DNA of 64,000 bases. It comes from an uncultured Candidatus Saccharibacteria bacterium. Lineage in GTDB: Bacteria; Patescibacteriota; Saccharimonadia; Saccharimonadales; JACQNP01. Position 1 is the first letter of the stretch. Each line of letters starts with the position of its first letter. The notes beneath the pieces are model-generated. The model saw only the letters and a list, made by a program, of their open reading frames with translations, did no database searches and was not told the origin of the DNA. The position numbers and the translations under genes were made by a program. Shown here one piece after another: positions 28,710-37,751 of the stretch. The stretch lies in contig CAZSZC010000002.1 of NCBI GenBank assembly GCA_964610775.1, forward strand, positions 33,600 to 97,599, in the 5' to 3' direction.

Positions 28710-29690
28710 TTATTCACTCGTAATTACCATTTTATGAGCAGCCAAAGCTATGTGCTTTGCCGTTAGCCCGAAGTGTTCCATGAGCTCATCAGGCCTGCCT
28801 GATTCACCAAAACGATCACGAATCCCGATTCTTTTAACCGGAACGGGGAACTCTTCACTCAATAGTTCACATACCGCACCACCAAGACCGCCATTTATTT
28901 GGCCTTCTTCGAGAGTGATAACCTTTTTGGTTTTTTTAACGCTTTGCAGAACAGTAACCGCATCCAATGGTTTTATAGTTGGGCAATGTACTACCTCTAC
29001 ATCAATACCATCCTTAAACAGCATCTCAGCCGCAGCCAGCGCATGATATGTCATAGTGCCGGTACTAATCAGCGTTATATCATCCCCTTTGGCATACACA
29101 TAGGCTTTACCAATTTCAAATGGTGTTTTTTCGGTGCTAATAATTGGCGTTGCCTCGCGAGCTAGACGTAGATATGCTGGCCGCTTATCTTGTGCTAGTG
29201 CCATAGTTGCACGCTCCGCCTCTAAGCTATCACCAGGAGCTATGACGACCATGTTTGGTAATACGCGCATAAGAGCAATGTCTTCGAGCATTTGGTGTGT
29301 AGCACCATCAGGGCCGACCGAAACACCTGCGTGAGAGCCTACAACACGAACTGGCTGATCGTTTAGGCAAATAGTTGTACGTATTTGCTCCCAGTTCCTA
29401 CCCGGGCTAAAGGCTGCATAACTGCTCACAAATGGAATCTTACCCATAGCAGCTAGGCCAGAAGCTACGGTTACAAGATTCTGCTCTGCTACACCTACTT
29501 CTACAAAACGGTCCGGAAAGGCATCCTTAAACAAACTCATCTGAGTTGAATCTGTTAAATCCGCGCATGCGGCAACCACACGTTCATCCTGTTTCCCGGC
29601 CTCTAACAAACCCCTACCAAACCCTTTTCTTATTGGCTCACTTGTTACACTACTAGATAAAACATCCTCTACAAGAAACAGACTACTCAT
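28710..29690 (-). CDS. transketolase, C-terminal (pyrimidine-binding) subunit
   Basis: 326 aa; pyrimidine-binding domain plus transketolase C-terminal domain; 8-nt overlap with the N-terminal subunit gene. Confidence 0.85.
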   Translation of the reverse strand: MSSLFLVEDVLSSSVTSEPIRKGFGRGLLEAGKQDERVVAACADLTDSTQMSLFKDAFPDRFVEVGVAEQNLVTVASGLAAMGKIPFVSSYAAFSPGRNWEQIRTTICLNDQPVRVVGSHAGVSVGPDGATHQMLEDIALMRVLPNMVVIAPGDSLEAERATMALAQDKRPAYLRLAREATPIISTEKTPFEIGKAYVYAKGDDITLISTGTMTYHALAAAEMLFKDGIDVEVVHCPTIKPLDAVTVLQSVKKTKKVITLEEGQINGGLGGAVCELLSEEFPVPVKRIGIRDRFGESGRPDELMEHFGLTAKHIALAAHKMVITSE

Positions 29691-30546
29691 GTTCTCCCCT
29701 TATTTTACCTTTTAGGGTCCTTAGTTCGTGTAGTGCTTTTTTGGCTTGCTCGCTATCCGGCGGCTTACCATGCCAACTAAAATCATATTCCATAAAATCA
29801 ACACCTTTGCCTGGTATTGTATGTGCAATAATCATGACCGGCTTTTCTGTCATAGCTCTCGCCATAGCACAAGCATCAATGAATTGCTCGATATTATTAC
29901 CATCTACTTCTATAACATGCCAGCCAAAAGCCTCCCACTTTGCTTTTAGGTCTTCCAGTGGCATGACTTGCTCAACCGGTCCGTCGATTTGAATATTGTT
30001 TCTATCGATAATTCCAATAATGTTGCTAAGTTTATACTTACTGGCCAGCATGGCTGCTTCCCATATATTGCCTTCGTCCAGTTCGCCATCGCCCATAACC
30101 ACATACACCCAGCGATGGTTATCTTTGTTCATGCGCATTGCTAACGCCATTCCACTAGCTTGGCTCAAGCCACAGCCTAAAGGACCACTTGTATTTTCCA
30201 TTCCAGGGAGTTTCATGCGTTCAGGGTGTCCTTGTAGCCTTGATCCAAATTGACGTAAAGTCATTAGCTCTTTCGTATCAAAGTAACCAGCGTGCGCCAT
30301 GGCTGCATAACGAACCGGCACACAATGACCATTACTTAACAGTAAAATATCGCGCTCAGCCCAATCTGGCTTGGTTGGATCGTGTTTTAATACATCGAAG
30401 TATAGAGCTGTGAAAATATCTGCTAGCCCCAGAGGGCCAGCGCTATGTCCACTTCCAGCATGCTCCAACATTTTAATAATATCCTGCCGAATATCATTAG
30501 CTTTGAGCTCGAGCTCTTCAACCGAGTAAGTTTTTACTTTAGACAT
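29683..30546 (-). CDS. transketolase, N-terminal (thiamine-diphosphate-binding) subunit
   Basis: 287 aa; GHSAGPLG, GDGELDEGNIWEA TPP-binding motifs. Confidence 0.85.
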   Translation of the reverse strand: MSKVKTYSVEELELKANDIRQDIIKMLEHAGSGHSAGPLGLADIFTALYFDVLKHDPTKPDWAERDILLLSNGHCVPVRYAAMAHAGYFDTKELMTLRQFGSRLQGHPERMKLPGMENTSGPLGCGLSQASGMALAMRMNKDNHRWVYVVMGDGELDEGNIWEAAMLASKYKLSNIIGIIDRNNIQIDGPVEQVMPLEDLKAKWEAFGWHVIEVDGNNIEQFIDACAMARAMTEKPVMIIAHTIPGKGVDFMEYDFSWHGKPPDSEQAKKALHELRTLKGKIRGEHE

Positions 30547-30557
30547 ATTGGTTATGA

Positions 30558-31187
30558 TTATAACAAAGAGCTTGCTATGTTCTGAAAAGCTTTTTCTTTA
30601 TCACTGCTACCTTGAATAAAACCACCGACGTTTAGTACATCAATGCCGCCTTCAACGATTTGTTGGGCATTCTTATCGTTAATTCCACCATCCCAACCAA
30701 TTTCTACATCTGGATATTCATTTTTTATTTCATGAACCTTACTCAACAACCCCATGTCTGCTACGCCGCCATGCCTACCTAAATCACCACTAAATACCAA
30801 GATGTGATCGAAACTATGCATTATTTGGAAAATATTTTTTGCTGGGGTATCTTGAAGAACCGCTAACCCAACCTTTATGCCTTCTTTATGTAGTAGACCA
30901 GCGAACTCCATATGATGCACATCTGCTTCGGCCTGAATAATAACCATACTGGGCCGTAGCTTAATTAGCCAATCAAGGTAATTGGCGGGGTTCTGATACA
31001 TAAGATGTATGTCCACGACTTGATGACTTGGCAGCCAAATGCGTGATAATTCTGGTGAAGTCGTGGGCGCAAATAGACCATCCATAAGATCAATATGAAC
31101 TCGTTGGGCGAAATTAATTCCTTCCAACTGCTCACGATATTCGTGTAGATCACAGGCCGTTACAGTTGGACAAATCGTAGTCTTCAT
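30558..31187 (-). CDS. rpe: ribulose-phosphate 3-epimerase (divergent)
   Basis: 209 aa; HIDLMDGLFAP matches the Rpe H-x-D-x-MDG-x-F-x-P motif; TIM-barrel GGI phosphate-binding motifs. Confidence 0.7.
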   Translation of the reverse strand: MKTTICPTVTACDLHEYREQLEGINFAQRVHIDLMDGLFAPTTSPELSRIWLPSHQVVDIHLMYQNPANYLDWLIKLRPSMVIIQAEADVHHMEFAGLLHKEGIKVGLAVLQDTPAKNIFQIMHSFDHILVFSGDLGRHGGVADMGLLSKVHEIKNEYPDVEIGWDGGINDKNAQQIVEGGIDVLNVGGFIQGSSDKEKAFQNIASSLL

Positions 31188-31627
31188 AATTCGTCTAGTT
31201 CTTTAATACGGCGCCTAAAACGAGATGCATTGGCAAATGGAGTATTAAGCCAAGTTTCAACAATCACTTTTAGTTCGCCTTTTTCTAGCGCATTTGCGGG
31301 TAAGCATAATACATTACTGTCATCATCATTACGGGCTGCACGAACAGATTCTCGATCATAACCAAGACAAGCACGTATGCCCTTAAAGCGATTAGCCGCC
31401 ATACACATGCCCTGACCGCTACCGCACAACAAAATGCCTCGAGTTTCTATATCTTTATCAGACAATACATTCGTAACTACTTTTTGAGCAAATAATGGAA
31501 AGTCATCTTCAGGGTCTAGCTTCTTGTCACCGTCATCAACTACTGAATATCCAGCACTACGCAAATAACTTACTAAGTCATTACGAAACCGGAACCCGTT
31601 ATGGTCAGCCCCAACAAATATTTTCAC
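31184..31627 (-). CDS. rpiB: ribose-5-phosphate isomerase B
   Basis: 147 aa; MKIFVGADHNGF and CGSGQGMCMAANR are RpiB/LacAB signatures; 4-nt overlap with rpe. Confidence 0.85.
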   Translation of the reverse strand: MKIFVGADHNGFRFRNDLVSYLRSAGYSVVDDGDKKLDPEDDFPLFAQKVVTNVLSDKDIETRGILLCGSGQGMCMAANRFKGIRACLGYDRESVRAARNDDDSNVLCLPANALEKGELKVIVETWLNTPFANASRFRRRIKELDEL

Positions 31628-31633
31628 ATCACC

Positions 31634-32650
31634 CTACTTACTGTGAAGTATTCGGCCAACATCAGACACAACCTCGATCAATCGATTGCTGTAACCCCAC
31701 TCATTATCGTACCAAGCAACAACTTTTAGCATATTATCGCCAATAACTTTGGTTAAGTTTAGATCCACGATAGCTGAATGACTATTACCTATGAAATCAC
31801 TGGACACTAACTCTTCATCTGTCACATCCAAAATCCCTTGATAGAAGGGTTCTTTTGCTGCTGCTCTAAATACATCATTAACCGCGTCAACCGTGACAGG
31901 TTTTTTGGTGATTATCACAAAATCACTGAGTGAAACAACACTGGTAGGAACACGAACACTTAAACCTCCAAATATACCCTTAATAGCCGGGAATGCTTCG
32001 CCAGCGGCTATCGATGCGCCAGTTGTGGTTGGCACTATATTCTCAGCAGCATTTCTTGCCTCTCGCAAGTCTTTAGATGGACCGTCTTGAAGTGACTGAC
32101 TAGCGGTATAGCTATGCACGGTTGTCATCATAGCCTTATCAATTCCGAAATGGCTTTCTACGACTGCAGCTACGGGAGTAATACAGTTAGTGGTACAACT
32201 AGCGTTACTAATAATGTCGCCAGCTCCTTGGAGCTGGTCTTCATTAACACCCAAAACTATAGTGGTGGCACCCTCACCCTTTGCTGGTGCAGATATAACA
32301 ACTCTTTTAGCGCCAGCGTCTATATGCGCGCGAGCCTTGGCAGGATCAACAAAAAAACCAGTCGATTCAATAACTACGTCTATATCATGCTTCTTCCAAG
32401 GCAATAGCGATGGGTCGCGCTCAGCAAAGACCGTAATATGTTTACCTTCTACTATTATGCCCTTTTCGTCATAATCAACATCTTTAGCATAAGCACCATA
32501 GTTACTGTCGTGCTTTAATAAGTGTGCTAGGGTTTTCATGTCGGTTAGATCATTAATAGCAACAATCTCGATGTCAGTACGATCAAAAGCCACCTTGAAG
32601 GCATTGCGTCCAATTCGTCCAAAACCGTTAATTGCAATCCGTGTTTTCAT
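31634..32650 (-). CDS. gap: glyceraldehyde-3-phosphate dehydrogenase
   Basis: 338 aa; INGFGRIGR and the ASCTTNC active-site motif. Confidence 0.9.
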   Translation of the reverse strand: MKTRIAINGFGRIGRNAFKVAFDRTDIEIVAINDLTDMKTLAHLLKHDSNYGAYAKDVDYDEKGIIVEGKHITVFAERDPSLLPWKKHDIDVVIESTGFFVDPAKARAHIDAGAKRVVISAPAKGEGATTIVLGVNEDQLQGAGDIISNASCTTNCITPVAAVVESHFGIDKAMMTTVHSYTASQSLQDGPSKDLREARNAAENIVPTTTGASIAAGEAFPAIKGIFGGLSVRVPTSVVSLSDFVIITKKPVTVDAVNDVFRAAAKEPFYQGILDVTDEELVSSDFIGNSHSAIVDLNLTKVIGDNMLKVVAWYDNEWGYSNRLIEVVSDVGRILHSK

Positions 32651-32763
32651 ACCTCACCCCCTAAAATAAGTATAGTATTAAATGTCTAAGCCAATTATAT
32701 ACCGCTTACGGCTATAGAAAAAGTAATTATCATAATGCGTCTAACAACTACCAAATAACTGTC

Positions 32764-32788
32764 ATCAAGCGGGTACTTTTCGCTTGAT
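32764..32788 (-). terminator. hairpin downstream of ppa (possible terminator)
   Basis: Perfect 8-bp inverted repeat ATCAAGCG / CGCTTGAT with a 9-nt loop, about 20 nt past the ppa stop; no clean U-tract, so weak. Confidence 0.35.
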
Positions 32789-32806
32789 TATATAAGTGAG
32801 CGATAC

Positions 32807-33337
32807 TTACTGATCACTCCAGCGCTTAACACACTCAAATATTATTTTCTTTGCATCTTCTATATTACCCCAGCCCAAAACCTTAGTCGTGCCTGGCTTC
32901 TTTAGATCTTTATAGTGGTTAAAATGATGCTCGATTTTCAACTTCCATTGTTCATGTAATTGATCTTCACCTTTTATCTGGTCGCCAGTATTTCGATCAT
33001 CCTCTGGAACACATACAATTTTATGGTCCATCTCGCCATCGTCTTCGAAATTCAACACACCAACTACTCGAGCTTTTAGATAAACTCCAGTCGGAATTGG
33101 GTCGTTAGTTATTACTAAGGTATCGAGTTCATCACCGTCCTCATCTAAGGTTTGGGGTATAAAACCATAATTAACCGGTTTTGCAAAAATACTTGGCTCT
33201 ACCCTATCTAGCTGAAAAACTGCTAACTCACGATTCCATTCAATTTTTAGAGTTGACCATTTGGGAATTTCAATAACTGTATTTATAACCCCGCCGTCAA
33301 CATCTCCAGCATCTAATATTTTGTTGTAATCTGCCAC
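32807..33337 (-). CDS. ppa: inorganic pyrophosphatase (family I)
   Basis: 176 aa; DGDELD...KIVCVPEDD and surrounding acidic motifs typical of soluble PPase. Confidence 0.85.
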   Translation of the reverse strand: MADYNKILDAGDVDGGVINTVIEIPKWSTLKIEWNRELAVFQLDRVEPSIFAKPVNYGFIPQTLDEDGDELDTLVITNDPIPTGVYLKARVVGVLNFEDDGEMDHKIVCVPEDDRNTGDQIKGEDQLHEQWKLKIEHHFNHYKDLKKPGTTKVLGWGNIEDAKKIIFECVKRWSDQ

Positions 33338-33384
33338 TTACGACCTCCTTATATCATGGATTATTGTACACTAGATACTAACAT

Positions 33385-34098
33385 ATGAAAGTTATTGGAC
33401 ACCGCGGCGCGGCGGGATTAGCGCTTGAAAATACATTGGCAAGTTTTGAGCTCGCTAAACTCATCGGGGTTGATGCAATCGAACTTGATATCAGACTCAC
33501 ACTAGACCAACAACTAGTAGTTGTTCATGACGGCGACCTAAAAAGAATCAGCGGCAATAACCTTACAATTAAATCTCACAATTACAAGCAAATATCATCG
33601 ATAACACTTCGTGATGGACAATCTAGGATACCTACATTGGAATCCGTCATGCAAATAACCGACAATGTACCATTAATAATCGAGATAAAGGCCGAGAATT
33701 GCGTACAGCCTTTGGTAGAGTTGTTAGAAAAACACTCTTCACGAGAAATAGTTATTGTTTCATTCAAACATAACGAACTTTCGAAGCTCCGACAACTATT
33801 GCCAGACTATAAAATATATGTCAACGAGCAGACAAAGCCTATTGAAATTATTCAGATCGCCCGGCGCATGAAGCTGAATGGCATTGGCCTAAACTACTGG
33901 CTACTAAACCCTCTCACTTACTGGGCGGCCAAGAGAAACAAGATTGATATTTTTGTATATACTGTTAATAACCGATTAATTGGACGAATGATTAACTTTT
34001 TGTACCCAGACGTTGCAATATGCACCGATCATCCTGAATATTTCATAAAAAATGCCTACCCACTGGAAGAAAACATAACTAATAATGGGCTCGGGTAA
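33385..34098 (+). CDS. glycerophosphodiester phosphodiesterase family protein
   Basis: 237 aa; VIGHRGAAGLALENTLASF and ELDIRLTLDQQLVVVHD match the GDPD catalytic motifs. Confidence 0.75.
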   Translation: MKVIGHRGAAGLALENTLASFELAKLIGVDAIELDIRLTLDQQLVVVHDGDLKRISGNNLTIKSHNYKQISSITLRDGQSRIPTLESVMQITDNVPLIIEIKAENCVQPLVELLEKHSSREIVIVSFKHNELSKLRQLLPDYKIYVNEQTKPIEIIQIARRMKLNGIGLNYWLLNPLTYWAAKRNKIDIFVYTVNNRLIGRMINFLYPDVAICTDHPEYFIKNAYPLEENITNNGLG

Positions 34099-34101
34099 AT
34101 T

Positions 34102-34785
34102 ATGGAAGTAGTATTTGACCACAAGCAAAAATTAAACTCCGAAATAACTAGTTATTTTTTTGTGCCATCAAAACCCTTACACTATATTGCTGGTCAGTTT
34201 ATAGAACTTACACTACCAATTGCAGGCAATGCATCTGAAAAAAACCGTTGGTTTACTCTTTCGTCATCTCCAACCGAAAAACTATTATCAATAACAACCA
34301 GACACCCGAGAGACTTATCAAATTTTAAGAAACATCTGGCTAAAATGAAGCCTGGCGATGTGGCTCACATGAGTCAAGCTATGGGTGATTTCGTACTCCC
34401 AAAGGATCCACAAATTCCATTGGTATTTGTGGCTGCTGGGATTGGTATAACGCCCATGCGAAGCATGCTAGCTAGCCAGATTGAATCACGTCAAAAAAGA
34501 CACATAAACACCCTTTACTTTGTTAAGTCTCATGCTGATGCCTGTTTTGTAGATCTCCTAAAATCAACAAGTACAACACTGGATATAATTGTCACCAAAT
34601 CGAAAAATAGCATCAGTTCAATGATAGAGAATATTCATGATTACTCAAGCACTAATGGATTTGAGCATGTTTATTTATCTGGTCCCGAGCCACTTGTCGA
34701 GAACTTGAGTAATCATCTATCGAATGAAGGCTATCGAGATTATCGATTACATACCGACTTTTTCCCTGGCTATAACCATATATAG
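34102..34785 (+). CDS. ferredoxin-NADP reductase-like FAD/NAD(P)-binding oxidoreductase
   Basis: 227 aa; GQFIEL...RWFTLSS (RxYS-like FAD motif) and AAGIGITPMRSML (NAD-binding GxGxxP). Confidence 0.6.
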   Translation: MEVVFDHKQKLNSEITSYFFVPSKPLHYIAGQFIELTLPIAGNASEKNRWFTLSSSPTEKLLSITTRHPRDLSNFKKHLAKMKPGDVAHMSQAMGDFVLPKDPQIPLVFVAAGIGITPMRSMLASQIESRQKRHINTLYFVKSHADACFVDLLKSTSTTLDIIVTKSKNSISSMIENIHDYSSTNGFEHVYLSGPEPLVENLSNHLSNEGYRDYRLHTDFFPGYNHI

Positions 34786-34793
34786 CCCTGGGA

Positions 34794-35291
34794 TCAATCA
34801 GGAATATCGAAATCTATAAGTTTTCGTTGGACTGCAATATATTGCTCGATCTCCGAATCAGATAAATCAAACAACCAGTACCGCATTGCATGCAAAATTG
34901 ATTGCTCAGCATCATAGGCTAGTTTTTTACCACTTCGAGTTATTATTAAGTATTTAACCCGGCGGTCTTTAGAAGACACCTTTTGACGAACTAACGATCG
35001 TTTCACTAAATCTTTAACCAATCCAACGGCTTGTGGAGTATTAACATCAAATACTTCCCCGATTCTAGTAACTGTGAATTCTCCGGATTCATCATTAGCA
35101 AGAGTGTTAATTATAGTCCAATCTGTTACAGTCAGACCAAATTGTTTAATAGCCCTAGCCACTACCACGCGCAGCGCCGACTCAGCACGAGCATGTAGCG
35201 ACAACCACTCAGTAGCATCAAATAACCTCTCGGCTTCGAGTCCCGTAGTCGAAACATCGCCCTTTATACGTATTGGCACTTTTAGCGCCAC
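34794..35291 (-). CDS. MarR-family transcriptional regulator
   Basis: 165 aa; winged-HTH pattern (TVTDWTIINTLA...FTVTRIGEVFDVNTPQAVGLVKDLVKRSLV). Confidence 0.65.
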   Translation of the reverse strand: MALKVPIRIKGDVSTTGLEAERLFDATEWLSLHARAESALRVVVARAIKQFGLTVTDWTIINTLANDESGEFTVTRIGEVFDVNTPQAVGLVKDLVKRSLVRQKVSSKDRRVKYLIITRSGKKLAYDAEQSILHAMRYWLFDLSDSEIEQYIAVQRKLIDFDIPD

Positions 35292-35293
35292 AG

Positions 35294-36235
35294 TTATAGC
35301 CCTTCGTATTTATCTTCCAGGAATTCTCGAATACGTAGTGCAGCAGTTGCACCTTCGCCAGCAGCGCTAGCAATCTGCATGGTCGCACCGCTACGAACAT
35401 CACCTGCAGCAAATACACCCTTAATAGAAGTTTGTAGAGTACTGTCGGTCTTGATTAGACCAACTTTGTCTAGCTCTATGCCACTGTTTTCTAAGAATTG
35501 AGTATTGGGTAGTAAACCTATGAATACAAAAACCCCATCCGTAGGAAACTCTGTTTTTTTGCCATCTTTTTTACCAACCACTTTAACCACCTTATTATCT
35601 TCTGCAACTATTTCATCTGTTGATGTATTAAGATGAACGGTGATTTTATCATTTTTTTCAAGCTCGTGTATTAAGACATCAGAGGCACGCAACTCACTTC
35701 TTACCAATAGGTCAATTTTGCTAGCAAACCTAGTTAAAAATAACGCCTCCTGGACGGCCGAATTACCACCACCAACAACCACTAAATGTTTGTCTCTATA
35801 AAATGCTCCATCACATGTAGCGCAATAATGTACACCCCGAGCATAATATTCAGCCTCTCCCGGAATACCGAGTTTCTTATAATCACTACCAGTGGCTATG
35901 AGAACAGCCCTAGCTTTAATTTCGCCATCAGTAGTTTCTAAACTTTTATAATCACCCTTATCTACGATACTCAAAACCTCGCCTAGGCGAATTTCAGCTC
36001 CAAATCTCTCTGCTTGTTGACGCAATTCTTCAGATAAATCAAGGCCGGAAACGCCTTTAGCAAAGCCTGGATAATTATCGATCCAGTCAGTTATTGCCGC
36101 CAGCCCACCTATAACGCCTTTTTCATACAAAACAGTATCTATATCTTCGCGCGTAGTATATATAGCCGCAGTTAGTGCTGCTGGCCCCGCACCAACTATT
36201 ACAACCGGTAATACCTCGTCTTTGCTCTCACTCAT
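35294..36235 (-). CDS. trxB: thioredoxin-disulfide reductase
   Basis: 313 aa; VVIVGAGPAALTAAIY, redox-active CATCDG, second GGGNSA dinucleotide motif. Confidence 0.9.
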   Translation of the reverse strand: MSESKDEVLPVVIVGAGPAALTAAIYTTREDIDTVLYEKGVIGGLAAITDWIDNYPGFAKGVSGLDLSEELRQQAERFGAEIRLGEVLSIVDKGDYKSLETTDGEIKARAVLIATGSDYKKLGIPGEAEYYARGVHYCATCDGAFYRDKHLVVVGGGNSAVQEALFLTRFASKIDLLVRSELRASDVLIHELEKNDKITVHLNTSTDEIVAEDNKVVKVVGKKDGKKTEFPTDGVFVFIGLLPNTQFLENSGIELDKVGLIKTDSTLQTSIKGVFAAGDVRSGATMQIASAAGEGATAALRIREFLEDKYEGL

Positions 36236-36378
36236 AATAATTCTTCATATTGTATCAACAAACCACTGATTCTGTCAGTATGCAAAATTGTTTATTGCAG
36301 TAACCTGGCGCCGTAAATAAGACTTAGTAATGTGCGACGAGCGCAGAGCGCAAACCGCAGCATCATGCTTGAAATATC

Positions 36379-36627
36379 TTAATTTACTGCGGGGGCAAGC
36401 TTAGCTAGATTGTAGCCTACCACTACCTCTTTTGACTCGTCTTCCTTTGTTACTATCGTAACTGGCACAGCCAACTGCCCACTTACTTCAAATGCTTCTT
36501 TTTGGCGCTCTGGGTGAGTGTCCAAGTTCACTTCATCATAAGAATAGCCTTTGGCTTGAAGCCACTTCTTTACCATAACGCAGTAAGCACAGGTATTAGT
36601 TGTAAATATTGTTATGTTTTTGACCAT
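36379..36627 (-). CDS. glutaredoxin-like (NrdH/Grx) small redoxin
   Basis: 82 aa; CAYC active site, thioredoxin-fold length. Confidence 0.7.
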   Translation of the reverse strand: MVKNITIFTTNTCAYCVMVKKWLQAKGYSYDEVNLDTHPERQKEAFEVSGQLAVPVTIVTKEDESKEVVVGYNLAKLAPAVN

Positions 36628-36714
36628 CGTTTTTACCCTTTTTTAGTTATATATTGATATGCGTTTTAGTGTATATAGTGTTTATGTTTGAGTCAATACC
36701 CCCATATGTTGTGT

Positions 36715-37248
36715 TTATTGCTGCACTTGTATCATTTCTATGTCAAATACTAACGGCTCATTAGGACCGATCTTTGGCGGACTACCCTGCTCTCCATAAG
36801 CCAGCGAGGCAGGGATGATTAGTCGGCGCGTGCCACCAACTTTCATACCAGGAACACCTTCTTGCCACCCCTTGATAACTTGATTCAGCGGAAATTGTGC
36901 GGGCTGACCCGAGTCCTTAGAACTCTCAAAAATAATTCCATCTTTTGCAATAGCGCCAGTATAATGCGCTGTTACTGTTGCGTTAGCTTTGACAACCTCA
37001 CCAGTGCCTTCCTTCAAGTCGATGGTCTGTAATTTATCAACCGATGCAACTGGTGTATAATCTTGTAGTTTTGTACCCGCCAATTTACCCTCCTGAGTCT
37101 TGGGTGTTTCAGTTTGTGCTTGATCGTTCTTTTTGGTTGAACTATCCTTGCGAATCTGCCAAATAACCGCCAAACTAAATGCGACCGATGTGCCTAAAAA
37201 TAACGCAGCTGCTACCAAAGCGAACACGCGTTCGTGTGGCTTTGCCAT
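36715..37248 (-). CDS. FKBP-type peptidyl-prolyl cis-trans isomerase, membrane-anchored
   Basis: 177 aa; N-terminal TM helix; VTAHYTGAIAKDGIIFESS...VIKGWQEGVPGMKVGGTRRLIIP...LVFDIEMI is a canonical FKBP domain. Confidence 0.8.
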   Translation of the reverse strand: MAKPHERVFALVAAALFLGTSVAFSLAVIWQIRKDSSTKKNDQAQTETPKTQEGKLAGTKLQDYTPVASVDKLQTIDLKEGTGEVVKANATVTAHYTGAIAKDGIIFESSKDSGQPAQFPLNQVIKGWQEGVPGMKVGGTRRLIIPASLAYGEQGSPPKIGPNEPLVFDIEMIQVQQ

Positions 37249-37294
37249 GAACCCTCACTTCCTTTACGATATCCAGTATACTACTAATTTTTAA

Positions 37295-37741
37295 CTAGTT
37301 TGTAGTTATTTCGACAGCGTTATCCGGCCAGCCATTTTTGTGTCCATCTAGCACGAATTGTTTAAGTTTCTCTGATAGGAATGGTGAATTTGCCAACTTA
37401 CTCAACTCCAACCAACCCGGATTGTACAGATTGTGACCAAGTTTATTAATGATTGCTTCCTCGGAATTAGGCGCAAGCTGCGGGTTGCCAGAGACATACT
37501 CAGCTAGATAAACAAATTGATCACCATAAGGATCACCAGCGTGTTCTATACACACCAAACGAGGGTTAGTAAACGTAAGTGTTGTTTCTTCTTGGACTTC
37601 TCGCTGTAAAGCCTGCACATTAGTCTCGCCTACTTCAACATTACCTCCAGGCAGAGTGTCATATTCGTCACCAAATTTGTTTCGGTGCATGACCAGTAGT
37701 TTGTCATCTTTGATAATAATTACACGGACGGCTTTTCTCAT
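37295..37741 (-). CDS. NUDIX hydrolase
   Basis: 148 aa; Nudix box GGNVEVGETNVQALQREVQEETTL (GX5EX7REUXEEXGU). Confidence 0.65.
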   Translation of the reverse strand: MRKAVRVIIIKDDKLLVMHRNKFGDEYDTLPGGNVEVGETNVQALQREVQEETTLTFTNPRLVCIEHAGDPYGDQFVYLAEYVSGNPQLAPNSEEAIINKLGHNLYNPGWLELSKLANSPFLSEKLKQFVLDGHKNGWPDNAVEITTN

Positions 37742-37751
37742 AATTTATATT

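Noticed and set aside
28710-30546. Possibility that the two transketolase ORFs represent a frameshifted pseudogene
   Set aside because: Each half is complete (TPP-binding motifs in one, pyrimidine-binding and C-terminal domains in the other). They overlap by 8 nt in the manner of coupled genes; split transketolases are a known natural arrangement.
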